A DNA stretch of 64,000 nt from Strigamia acuminata (taxonomy: Eukaryota), in assembly GCA_949358305.1 (NCBI GenBank), contig OX442314.1, positions 25,110,001 through 25,174,000 on the forward strand, in the 5' to 3' direction. Numbering within the stretch: the stretch's first letter is position 1; every line of letters begins with the position of its first letter. A program made the position numbers and the translations under genes. This document shows positions 13,601-25,906 of the stretch, one piece after another. Below the pieces are notes generated by a model. That model worked only from the letters and a program-made list of their open reading frames with translations, made no database searches and was not told the origin of the DNA.

Positions 13601-16600
13601 ACATAAGAAATTAATGACAGTCAAGCTGAATAAGGAAGTCTATTATTGTTTTCTTTAACTTATGAATACTTTACCTGGTTGCAGCCCCGAAGAGTCAGTG
13701 CAAGTTTGTAAAAACAAGGAAATAATTAAGTAAATGGAACCGTCAACGTGCATTTCCCAAATCCTTTTTGTTTTCATCTGTCTACTTGACTCAAATGTCA
13801 TTTGAATAATGTTATTTTTCCATTATTTTCCAAGTGTCTATTTAGTTAAACAAATGTTTCTTTGAAGATGCCATTACACGAGTAGATGGCTTTCTCTCTC
13901 TCTCTGTACATGCACTTTGAATTGTATTCAGCTTGCGATAGGAGAAAAAAATGTTAGCACCCAGTTTTTATAAGTCCAAAATAAACATTAGAAATTCAGG
14001 TGTTGAAAAACAACAACAACTTTGTGTCTAACGATGAAAACTAGAATAACAGGGATTAACATACTTAAGCGAATTTTCATTGATTTTTTCTTTTGTTTGT
14101 TATTGTGAAAACAATATAAATTTTAAATGTTCTTTAGCATTTTTATCTAATGTTTTTAATTATTTATTTCAAATAATTAGGTGTCTGGAATAGTTGGCAG
14201 AGCAGATGTTTTGGCCTGTTTGTTATTTATCGGAGCGTACATGCATTACTTGAGGTAAGTAAATAAGGAACAAATGAAAGATAGGTTTGTGAGGGTGGAC
14301 GGACGCTATTAGGGCGCGGGTCATTCCGATGGCGTGATACGTTGAGGAGAAAATAACAGAGAGAGGTGTGAACAGAGCTGAAACAATTGATGCGTCTGGC
14401 CAATCAGATGGTTTCAATGAAACTTGGAATTGGATCTAGTTCTAGAACTAGTTCTAGAATCCGAAAATGGCGGCCTGTTTGCAAGAATTAACCATGTGGC
14501 AAAGTTTCGCCAACCAGATGTGAATCGACGAGAGTTGGAGTCGATCGTGATTGGTTGGCCCGCGAGACCCTTTCTTGCATTGTGTCGCTTATGGTACTTC
14601 AACTTGGAGTTGAAGCAGGAATTGGCGTCAACGTCAAAAATTTTTGGACGCAAGCAGCTTGCGTTGCGTCAGTTTTCGTGTGTTGCGTCTAGTGTGAACA
14701 CAAGTGTGACTCTATACTCGAGTTGCACTCAAAAGGGCACCTCACAATATGTACTCCCATTGGTCGAGCCAGTTTACTGGTGTAGTGATCCGGAAAAGTA
14801 GACCCAAACACCAAAATTGCATTACAATATACAGACATTGTAATCGATTGCCTAGGCAACGGCCTAAAATTCAAACTTCCAGACGATGTAAGCAATAAAC
14901 ACAACAAACATGAGTTTGACATTTTTTAATGTGTAAAACTTCATTTTAATGATGGAAATAAGATTTTTTATTAAATAAAATCAAAATAACATTAACTAAA
15001 CTAGTCATAACAATCACAACAATAAATAAAAATCAAAACTACTTCTCCTAGTAGTAGTATACAGTCTGGAGTTAGTAGTAAACTGGCTCGACCAATTGGA
15101 GTACACATTGTGAGGTGCCTTTTTGAGTGCAACTCGAGTATAGCTTAAGCGGTAAGCGTCACCATGGTGAACAACAGTGTAGAAGGGCCAATCTAAACAC
15201 GGCCAACACAAGACTGGTCTCTCAATGATAGTTGAGACCTTTTATAGTTTATTCTTGCACCGTTCTGCCTGCACCTCTCCCAGAGGTGACTTCCAGGACC
15301 GGCAAATCCTCCAGGTGGGTGGAGTTGCACTTGGTTAACCGGCGGTCACAAATTCGTGGGTTGAAAATAAAAAGGGAAAATCGTAATTTATTTAGCAGGA
15401 GCTCGATTGATCAAATGAGATTTAGCTCCAACGCACGGATTGTTAGCACTAATGGATTTTGCCTTTAATTAAAAGGCAGTGGCTACGTTGATGTCAGACA
15501 TGAACGTATTATTTTAATGATGCGCTGCGATTGCTTGAGATTTATTTATGTCGGTTCGTTTCCTCAACGCATGTTTTCTCAAGACTATGTTTCGAGGTTT
15601 TATCTTCTATTTTCTTACATTTGGGGGGTTAAGGCGGGCCGTAGCCCCCCTTGACCCCTCAAATCTAACCTTATTCGTTTTTTATTCGTATTTTTTTGTA
15701 TTTTCATCAATGTATCTCAATGCATCTCGCAACCAATCATAGCACGTCATGAAAATAATACGTTAATGTCGGACATGAACGTAGCCACATAGCCTTCCTC
15801 GCTGTGGAATACACAGATAATGCGTCTTAGCGAAACTTTTGGGATTATAACATGAAGTTAAGATGCTCAAAAAGTAATGCCAGTCAGTGCCGGATTATCT
15901 ATTAAGCCACTAACAAATAAGCCTGGTTTAGGCACCCAGGTGAAATTATCAACTGAACAAGAAAAAACTTAGAGAATTTTCCACTTACGGTTGTCTTTAT
16001 TTGTTGAAACCTAGGATTCGTGTATACCTAATATCTAAATGTTTTTGGCTTTTTGTGGCAACTAGAAATTGGGCCATAAAGCGTCACTGAATATGTGGTA
16101 ACAATGTCACTATTTTTCATTTTAGAAGTATAGAATTTGATATTTCAACCATTGGCTCAATCCCAAAAACTCAAAATTGGCAGAAGCTTTCTATCAGTTT
16201 ACTCTTCAGTGGGTTTGCTATGCTAACCAAGGAACACGGCCTTACAATATTAGGCGTTATGTTGTGTCATGAACTTTACATTGGATGGAAAGCTTATCGC
16301 AGGTAAGTTTATACTTTTGCTTTCAGTTGTAATTGTAATTGTGTCAGTAAAGGACAATTTTCACAGAAAGAAACAACTTTTACCATTGAGGATGTGGTTA
16401 CCGATGGCTCAACGCGTGTTATTGATACTCTCAGCAGTAAGTGCAATAATAATGAGAAATTGTTTCTTTGTAGAGGTATTGGAATGGATGTCACTTTTTT
16501 TTTTTTAGTCTTTCTTGTTACTTGTGTTCAGAATGAAAATTCTAAATAATTCGTTGCCACAATTTTCTGATCAGGACAATCCGGCATCATTTTCACCACA

Positions 16601-17192
16601 TTTTAAAACTAGGTAAAGTAGATTTGAGTATACTCTAACTCACTATAAGTTGGGCCTTTCTCTCATTGGCCGAGTAATTTCACTTGCGTAGTGATACAAA
16701 AAAATAGTCCAAACCACTAAAATTGCACTTGATGTACAGACATTGTAATCGAAAAACATTGCATTATAAAATACAAATAAATTTAAATCATTTTAACTAT
16801 TATAATAATCAAAAAAAATTTTAAAATACAAAACTACTTATCCAGGTGGCAGTACACAGTCTACAGTTAGGAGTAATGAGGTTCGCCCAATGGGAGAAAG
16901 GCCCAACTTATAGTGAGTTAGAGTATAGGTGCCTTTGTTTTCATCAAACAGAAATGTTAATGATTTTTTTTCAGATTTCTGACATATGCATACTTAACAG
17001 CATTTAATTTTTGGTTATTACTTTCACCATTGACATTATCTTATGACTGGCAGCTGGGAAGTGTACCGCTTGTAGAAAATGTTAATGATCTTCGAAATAT
17101 GTGGACATTACTGTTTTACATTATTCTACTACTTATCCTTTGGAAAATCTTCAGTCAAACAGAAGTAGGAAAATTAATTTTAATTTGTATTT

Positions 17193-17227
<35 letters not shown>

Positions 17228-20200
17228 TTTGTCTATTTATTTATTTTCCAGGAAGACGAAGAATTTGTAATTTTTGCTAGTTTTATTTTGCTCGTTGTTC
17301 CATTCTTCCCTGCAAGCAATTTGTTCATAACTGTTGGTTTTGTAGTAGCAGAACGCATACTTTACATTCCTAGGTTATTAGCCTTCCAGAGCTTCTCATG
17401 TGTTTCCAATAACTGCTTTCAATTATTTCTTTCAGCCTGGGTTTCAGTATATTGGTTGTTCATGGAGTTTGCCGCATATCTCGTCGTTGCAAAAACAGCA
17501 AACAAATCATCTATGCAGCGTTTATTATTTTAATATCTATTTTTACATTGAAAACATTCATAAGAAACAAAGTGTGGCATTCAAGAGAAACTCTTTTTCA
17601 GTAAGTCTTCAGTAAGTTTCATTTAGGATTAGAATCACATATTCACATTTGTAGTCACATTTGAGCTTGTACTCTGACATTTTGCCACACTCAACTAAGT
17701 AAATGGTTAATACAAATTGTCATTTCAGGTCGGGATTAGATGGTATGCCTTACAATGGAAAAATGCATTACAATTTTGCAAATTTGCAAAAAGACTTAAA
17801 CCACACCGATTTAGCTATTAAACATTATCAAATTGCCTTAAGGTGAATATTGTTAATAGGTGCGTTCAAATTGTTAAAAGGAGAATTCACGTCTTCTTTT
17901 TTTCCTTTTCCATGGGTCACTTAAAGTGACCCATGGAAGTGACTCACTTATGAATCAATGCCTTTTATTAACACAAGAACGGCCGGAATTTTCTTCTACC
18001 TAGAACGGCCGAAACGGGTCCTAATTGTCCAAAACTAATTTTATTTTTAAATTTCTTGAGCAAAATTGTTTGTTTTATAATTAAGCGTTCTCTGCTGCCC
18101 CATGGGGCCCTTCTCCTTCGAGAACTGCGAGAACTTATAAATCTGCTTCTGATTCATGGGACCCCCCCCAAGCCTTAATCCGGCCATGGGCCTTAATGCA
18201 TAAGTTACTTGTTTATGGAAGATAAGGAGGTCAATTGGTACCTTATGCTTAAGTGACTTATGATGCATAACTTTTATAAATGATGAAGAAAAATTTCGGT
18301 ATTTCTGCCATCTGCAAGGCATTTAAGGAGAATAAGCCACTCATTTTCCTAGAATTGAATGCACCTAATGTTAACTAAAAATCCAAAATTAAAATAAATT
18401 TATTTTAGTTTATGGCCACGTCATGCTAGTGCCCATAATAATCTTGGAACTCTAGTAGCCAATAGGAGCACAGCTGCTCATCATTTTCATAAAGCTATCG
18501 AGATCAATCCTAGACATCTTCGCGCACATTATAATTTAGGAAGTTTATTGCAGTAAGTTAGTCTTCTATGTTCTGTCCCGATACAACGTTGTCCTATTTC
18601 CAATTAATTGAGCCGGATTACGCCTAGACTGTGCTCTACTACGCGGAAAAGTAGTTCTGTTTATTTTCAATGAATTTCAGTGTAAAAAGTGATTAGAATG
18701 ATGGATTTTATTTATTTGGTAATAAAATATTTATTTCATTTGGCAGGTAAACAAAGGTTTAGTTTTTTTATTGGTTGTTTTGCCTAGCTAGATAACAATT
18801 CTGGTGTTATGGACTACTTTTTGTACCACTACACCAGTGATACGGCTTGAATTAGGACAACGTTGTATCGGGACAGAGTATAGGGAGTAAGATTTCTTGT
18901 GGAATTTGTCATAAGCATTTTTTGTGCTATTGCTTAGAAGCGAGAACCCAGCTCGATCAATTCAACTTCTGGAACGTGTCTTGGAGTTGGATTCTTACAA
19001 CAAAGATGCATCAACACTTCTTGCAAGACTATACACAGATGAGGGTCGTTTACAAAATGCAGAACAAGTACACCAAACCTTATTGATAGTTTATCCAAAA
19101 GATGCAGATGTTTATAATGAGTATGGTCTCTTTTTACAAAAATATGGTAAAAGTTAATTTTATGTGAAATCATTGTCCAAGTAGAAAGATTAATTGAGTA
19201 AATTTGTGTTTTAGGTAGGGGCAATGAAGCGTTGCATTACTTTCAACGAGCTATTAGCTTGCAGAGCAATCACACAATGGCTTTGGTGAATGCTGCTCGT
19301 TTGCTTCGTATTTTACATTACACTGGACAAGCGGAGGATCTGTATCAGAGGTAAATGATAAGTTGTTAATCAAAACTACAAAATAATTCCAAAATGAATT
19401 ATAGGATTATTTTATATAGAGCTCTGGAAGTACAAGAACACCCACTCGTTTTGAGCAACTTGGGAATTTTATATTTGAACACGGGAAGATATTCAGAAGC
19501 AAAAAGCATTTTTGAAAAATTTTTAGCCAAAGATCCGGAAAATTTGGAAACTCGAGTTTATTATGTGAGCATTGATTTGTGAATGCAGTAAATCAATTTA
19601 TTGATATATATTTTTTTTATTCTGCAGGCTCAAGCTCTCATCAGACAGAGAAATTACAAGAATGCAGAAGATATATTGCTTAAAATCATTGATAAAAATC
19701 AGACTTATCGTGAAGCAATACATCAACTTGCTAATTTATATTTTCATATGAATAGAACAACTGAGGTGAGAACTGTTTCTAAAACTTTGAAAGAAGGAAA
19801 CGTCTGCTGCCAGAAGAAAATTACATGGCATTCTAACATAACATAGTCAGTGCTGGATTACCGAATAAGCAGTGTTGTATCTCGTTCATCAAATCGCGAA
19901 CTAGTTCAAGTTTGCGTTCATCACCATGTGAACTAGTTCACATTCGCGAACTTGAACCAATAGTTCAGTTCACTTTTCAAATTTTTTTTTAAAAAATTGA
20001 AACGTTTTTTTTATGTTTTGTGGTATGCAGATGAAAAAAAAAAAACACTTTATTTTGTAAAGCAGTCGTTTTCATTGCTTTTAATGATGAATACGACTAA
20101 TTTTGCCATTTTCGTTGTAAAAAGTGATCACATTGAATGTTTTGATGATGAAAACGTCATCAAAACGTTTAAAACCAATACAAAAAGTTACGTTTTTGCG

Positions 20201-20801
20201 ACGTTACGTTACATTTTGAACCGAAGCATTTCCTTCTCCAATAGACAATACCTTTGAAGAATTGCTGTAATAATAAGTAAATTAAAACTAAAACTTGATT
20301 ATTTGTTACAGGCACTAACATACATACTTCAAATCTTAAAAAATTGTTCATTTGATGATGTTATGTGTGGACAAGTTTATGCTGATTATGGAAGCATTCT
20401 CAGGAATTTAGATGACTTAGATACTGCTGCAGAAGTATGAATAAATACCAAAATTATGACTCACATTTTAACACATTTGTAAAATATTTTCAGAGTTATA
20501 GAATGGCAATTCAAGTGAATCCCAATCTATCTCATGCACATCTTAATCTTGGTGTAATTTATCACTTGAAGGTTTTTATTTTAATAGAATTATTATAGTT
20601 TTTAAAGCTGTGTCCAAATTTATTATAATTTTACTGACTGTTTTATTGCAGCAAGATTTCCAGCACGCCTGGCAACATTACAGAACAGCACAATTGCTTG
20701 AGCCCCACAACCAACTCCTTTTAGACAATATGGAGAAACTCAGAAGAACAGAGCTCAGACTAGCGGCATCATTAGGAAACAAGGAAGGGTCGTGTAGCTG
20801 A
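7619..20801 (+). CDS. TMTC1: Protein O-mannosyltransferase TMTC1-like (multi-TM GT-C domain, DUF1736, TPR repeats), ~17 exons
   Basis: GT-AG exons incl. 7619-7854 (FVHDD...DFWG...SHKSYRP), 11819-11996 (HPIHSEA), 14181-14254 (VSGIVGRAD), ~16126-16302 (KEHG), ~16509-16611 (DNPAS), ~16975-17163 (LSYDWQLGSVPLV), ~17252-17371 (GFVVAERILY), then TPR exons to TGA 20801. LSYDWQxGSxPLV and HYNFAN...RHASAHNNLG match my recollection of the TMTC1 paralogue. Confidence 0.9.
12119..12440. mobile_element. TA-flanked MITE (Tc1/mariner/pogo-type), TIR CCGTACTGCCTCGATTTAACGCCGG
   Basis: Perfect ~25-bp TIRs, TA on both sides, many internal CCGGCGTT motifs. Confidence 0.85.
14366..14709. mobile_element. Truncated copy of the non-autonomous element at 26367-26793
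   Basis: Colinear similarity from GTGTGAACAGAGCTGAAACAATTGATG to TCTAGTGTGAACACA with ~26462-26790. Confidence 0.8.
14717..15138. mobile_element. TA-flanked MITE, CTC...GAG family, TIR CTCGAGTTGCACTCAAAA
   Basis: ~40-bp imperfect TIRs, TA both sides; interior related to 16633, 18571 and 29698 elements. Confidence 0.85.
15479..15788. mobile_element. MITE-like inverted-repeat element (GTGGCTACGTT...AACGTAGCCAC)
   Basis: ~35-bp imperfect TIRs plus further internal inverted similarity; TSD unclear. Confidence 0.7.
16633..16923. mobile_element. TA-flanked MITE, CTC...GAG family, TIR CTCTAACTCACTATAAGTTGGGCCTTTCTC
   Basis: Perfect 30-bp TIR, TA both sides. Confidence 0.88.
17859..18365. mobile_element. 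TA-flanked MITE, TIR GGTGCGTTCAA (family shared with 29388-29507)
   Basis: TA-GGTGCGTTCAA ... TTGAATGCACC-TA; internal palindrome CCATGGGTCACTTAAAGTGACCCATGG. Confidence 0.7.
18571..18878. mobile_element. MITE, CTC...GAG family (interior in reverse orientation), TIR TCTGTCCCGATACAACGTTGTCCTA
   Basis: Perfect 25-bp TIR; interior is the reverse complement of blocks in 29698-29914. Confidence 0.85.
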
Positions 20802-21150
20802 AGTCACGAAGATATTAATGCAGAGAATTATTTTTACAAACTAATACATAGAGAACTGTATGCTTTTGCATGAGAAATAGTTTAATGAAATACACCATCA
20901 GGCATTAGTTTATTATTAAGAACATACACACTACGACACATTAGTTGTTATAGATTGTAAATTAAGAAAATTAGTAGGACTGAAATGAAATTTGTGGAAA
21001 ATATTGTAGTGTGTTATAATATAAAATAAAAACTAAAGCGGCTCCCCCCACTTAAAACGCCAATTTGCCGCTTTTACGAAGTGTGGTGATGCTTTTGTTC
21101 ACACTGTGTCCACACTTTCAGTAGACCAAAGGGGATTAAGGGAATGAAGC

Positions 21151-21246
21151 CAAGGCTGGACTGGAAACAAATTTAGTACCGGGAAATCTGGACGAACCAG
21201 GCCACAGGGACAGGCTACGGTAGCCTGCCGGGCCAGTCCAGCACTG
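21151..21246. mobile_element. Very short hAT-type MITE with 8-bp TSD AATGAAGC
   Basis: CAAGGCTGGACTGG...CCAGTCCAGCACTG flanked by AATGAAGC at 21143-21150 and 21247-21254. Confidence 0.88.
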
Positions 21247-22867
21247 AATGAAGCAGCGGATAACATCTATAATACTGAATACAAAGGGGTCTTGCGATTT
21301 CTAATGAGATTCAAGGGTCCCTGAATTCCACCAATCCTGGTTAGGAGGGTATGGATAATCAGATCACATGATTTGAATACTCATCACGGTTAGAGGGTTA
21401 GTTAATCTTCTGGAATGTAGAACAGAATGACCACATCTTGTAATTGCAGTATTTTTTCGGCCTGCGATGAACCATGAACCAAGGAAAACATGGACACGTA
21501 TCCACATGTTCAATACGTTTTGCCACCGATGGCACCACATAATGTATAGCCGCACAGTATTCTGGGATGACAGCAGGTAACAAACATGCTTAGTTGGCAA
21601 GCAATGCATAACACGTAATTTCTGTCATCCAATTAGCGCGCAGACAACGAATCAATAGGAAATAACACGAATACATTTCCATATTGAAATTGTGACTGGT
21701 ATGGTCTTCGCTAGTGCAATCAGGGGACTGAAGACACTACAGTCAGCGCACGGTATCTTGATGCTAAATTCGTACTGCGCATCCCATTCTGCGCAGACGA
21801 TTTTCTAATTCCTGTTGTTATTTAGCAGTATTAAGCCTATTATTAGGCCTAATAATGCTAAAATAAAGTAAACATTCGTGTCGTACTCACCTACAACCAG
21901 CGTATCCGCTCATGGAGGCTGCGCTATGGAATCCGCCATAGCACTGAGTATCAACGTGATGAATGGTGAGGGGTACAGAGTCCAACCCGGGACACATCCT
22001 GTCCCTCTGATGAATACCTTCTCCTCGGCAACAACTGTACACACGTCCTTTTCAGTCCATGTCCAGTGCTACTCTCTCCACTCCTCTTCTTACCACACCA
22101 CTCCACTCCCTCCTCCCCCAGGCTGGGTCAATCACCCACAGAGGGGATGACCTTTGGGGCCGTATGGCGGTGTGTGGCAGTGCCGCAGGTCACCCAGGTG
22201 GCCAAGCAGTCACAAAATGCTTGCTGAAATGTTAGTGTTATGGTTTGGGGGTTCATTAGGCGAAGGGCTTAGGAATTTTGGCCTTTATTGAAAGTGCAAT
22301 AAATTGTAAAAAATACCAATTCCTTCCTTCAATTACTAGAAATTGTTGCTTCACTTTTCAACAAAATAGCGTTTCTTGTTTTACGGCTAAATTTATAAAG
22401 AGATGGCTTATCTTATGAGGCACAGATGAAGGCTAAATATGTCAGGGGACTCCGTAAGGTTGCAGTTGTGCACGGAAAATCTAACTTACTAATGTAGTCG
22501 TGGCCTTGTTACGTCGTCAAATAAAGGGTTGGCCTTGTTGACGTGGGTCGCTGGGGTCGCAATTAGCTATTTCAACATATTAACCTGAAATGCTCTTGTT
22601 TGTAACTGCGGCTGAAAAGAACAAACAATCTGCGTTGTTTCATTTTGACCTGGGCATTGAACCACAGACCTCGTGATTGCCGGTCAGGTGCAAGCTGCAA
22701 GCCCAATTATGTTATCTATAACTTCACTAGAAACACATGGTGAAAGTCCCAACGGTCACAAGCTTAACACACCAACACGTTTCTATTCTAGAGTACAGAG
22801 CTAAAAGCTGACAGGCATACATTACTAATTAGAAATTTAAACTTTTCTTCTTTAATATTCCTGGTAA

Positions 22868-23453
22868 GGGGCCGTGCGTAAATTACGTAACGCCTGGAGG
22901 GGGGGGGGGGGTTTCAAATTTTGTTATGGGTTGTTACGACGGGGAGGGGGGGTTCTTAAAAATGTTACGCAACAAAAAGTGAAAATTTGACTTTTATTGT
23001 TTCAATTTATTATTATTGCAAATTTTAAATTTTTGTAAAAAAAATTTAATTTTTGAAATTTTTTTTTACATTTTTGAAATTTTGTTTTGATTTTTGAAAA
23101 TTTGTTCAAATTTTTGTAAAAAAATTTAAATTTTTGTAAAAAATTTTAAATTTTTGTAAAAAATTTTAAATTTTTGTAAAAAATTTTAAATTTTTGTAAA
23201 AAATTTTAAATTTTTGTAAAAAATTTTAAATTTTTGTAAAAAATTTTAAATTTTTGTAAAAATTTTAAATTTTTGTAAAATTTTGTATTATAAGCTTGTA
23301 TCAAAAATTTTTTTTGGGGGGGGGGAGGGGGGTGGTAAGTTTTGTTACGTAATATTCTAGGGGGGGTTTGTGGATTTGTTACGACCTTGTTACAGGGGGG
23401 GGCGGGGGTCTAAAAATCGAAAAATCAGCGTTACGTAATTTATGGACGGCCCC
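22868..23453. mobile_element. PIF/Harbinger-type (Tourist-like) MITE with TAA TSD, containing a 20-bp tandem array
   Basis: TAA-GGGGCCGTGCGTAAATTACGTAACGC ... GCGTTACGTAATTTATGGACGGCCCC-TAA; (TTTTTGTAAAAAATTTTAAA)n at ~23110-23285. Confidence 0.88.
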
Positions 23454-25906
23454 TAATAAGTAAAACACACCAGAAATTTTAAGTTAATACTGTAAGTGCT
23501 CTCATTGAGTGTTTTAAATAAATAAATAAAACAAATAAAATAAAAATAAAAAACATCAGAGATGAATATTCGTTCTGTGTTAGTATGAGATGATTGAAAT
23601 TGGCGCGCTTTTTCTCTTGATTGATTGTCAAGCCCAAGCGCTATACCACACCACGTGACGTTGGCAGTTACGAGTTACTCAGCAAATAGTTTTCATGAGG
23701 GGTCATTAATTGACTGTGTCAACACTTTCTTTCACTGCTTTCCAATTAATTGCACTCATTTTTACTACTGGCTGCGAAATTACGAAATTATTAAACAATT
23801 ATGTCCACTGACCACTGACCAGCGGTCGAAATATTGATGATGATGAGTTAAATTGAATAATTTAATTCAACAAATCCATCGACTCAGTATTTGAAACAGA
23901 GCACAAACAAACAAACAAACAAAAACAAATTCTTGCCCACTGAACAGCTGTCAAGACACCTGGTGATTCAATTACACGGAATGGAAACAATTAATGACGA
24001 TATGAAAAAAGAACATCGCAATTTCTAATACTAAATCAATGAGGTAATAATTTGTAATTTGACAATTTCCCCGCAGATAAATTGTGACGCAACTGAAGTT
24101 TGTACACCGAGAGAGGGAGCACCTTCCATTCTATCATTGACGACTCAGCTCTGCCGCGTGGAGGTTGTTTTTTTTACTTTTCCATCTGTTCGCAAAGATT
24201 ACACTTTGATCAAAAGACAGTGACGTCGTCTAAGAATGGAGCAGAATGTAACAGTCATGAAAATATGTGAAAGGAAATAAACTGGGGTAAGTTTTCACTT
24301 TTCAATCACTTTTTTCGACCATTTTTGTTTTTTAATTTGGAAAAGTTTTGAAGGAAAAAAGTTTGCATTTCCTCTGGGATTGTCTGCGGATAAATTATTT
24401 GTGAGTTTATTAGTTGGTAAAAAGAATTGCCAAATATACATGGAAGCCATTATGTGATAAAACACCCCAGGAAGTTGAATTTCCTTTATTTTTTTTTCCT
24501 AATTATACTTTTTTTTATTTTACTTTTTGCTGTGTTGGAGTTTTTTGAAAGGTATACCAAGAATCACATTGATTTTAACTCATCAGGGCAGATGGAATTG
24601 GGCCAACACACCCACAGAATAATAAATTATTTCATGTATATTGGGGACTCGCACACACTGACTCACAATACGTTGGAAAAAATAGTTGATAACATTAAAG
24701 TTCAGAGAAATTTATCATTTAATGACATTTCTGTATACTTGAGGCACCAGATGTAATATTTTACATGTTAAAGTTTACATTTAGACTGGTTTAAAAAAAT
24801 ATAAACAAGTTTAAATGATTTTATGAATGCGTTTAGTCGAAAATGTCACACAGATGTTAATAATCAATCTTGTGAGTAATTTAATTGGGTGAAATCACAA
24901 GAAAAATTAAACCGGGATTTCTCTAGAATTGTATTTTTTTTTGGAAATAACAGAAACCCAACAAACCGGAAGTCCTTTTTAATATTTTTCATTTTCACTC
25001 GTTATCGCATTAAATATCAAATAAAAAAAAGGAAAACAATTTATGTTTTATATTTTTTGTTCAATTTTTCCATCGTTATATAACGCGACTGGATACCGCG
25101 ACAAAATGCATTCTCTCTGCAAACAGAATATAAAATATAAAAAAAAATATAAAACAGTTTGATCAAATTTTCCTGCAGTTTAATTTTACACAAATTTAAT
25201 GACTGTATATCGTCATCATCATTTCCTGCTAATTGTACAGAACACCTACAGTGCACCCTGAACCGCAAACATCTATCTCACGTGGTGTATTTTTTTATTA
25301 AGATAAGCCACGTAGAACCATAAAAATTTTCATACACTTTATCGACATTTTTAGCAATAAATATATATATTTTTAAGCAGCATTTAAAGAAACGTCAGAA
25401 TTAATCATTTGCGAGTTTATTCACTGCAAAAGTGTTTTTTCAGTGCTGCAACTTGGGGTCATTGAACCTCTAGTGTGCTGGGAATTGAAAACGAGACGTC
25501 GATCAATACATAGCTTAATCCCACTCATTTCTCTATAAGACCACCTGCATGGAAAAGTGTGAATGGAAACAAAGTTAGCACACAATAAACCTCAATTTTT
25601 AAACTAGTTGTTGTGATTTTATTGCCACTTGAAGGAATTATCCAAATATGCCTTTAATTTTCCAATACCCTCCAAACCATGTGAAAAAAACATGTAAGTT
25701 GTAATTATCTCGTCGGTTTATCATGTTAATTTTGAGTTACGAGTAAACATGCGTGTTTTAATATTATCGTGTGTATATGGCACAATGTGGCATCATGCAC
25801 GCACTATTTTCACCACCAACAGCTGAGTGCCAGATTTTTTCAAGGAACTGAGTCATTTGTTGATGTATCACTGTTAATTTATTTTAAATTATTTTTTTTT
25901 TCAGGA

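Noticed and set aside
14424..14801. Similar ORFs here and at 26528-26801 suggesting a small gene family
   Set aside because: Both lie in copies of one non-autonomous repeat and the frames are not conserved between copies
21930..22050. Minus-strand peptide GTGCVPGWTLYPSPFITL resembling the LINE RT GxxQGxxLSPxLF motif
   Set aside because: Too short and degenerate to support without a profile search
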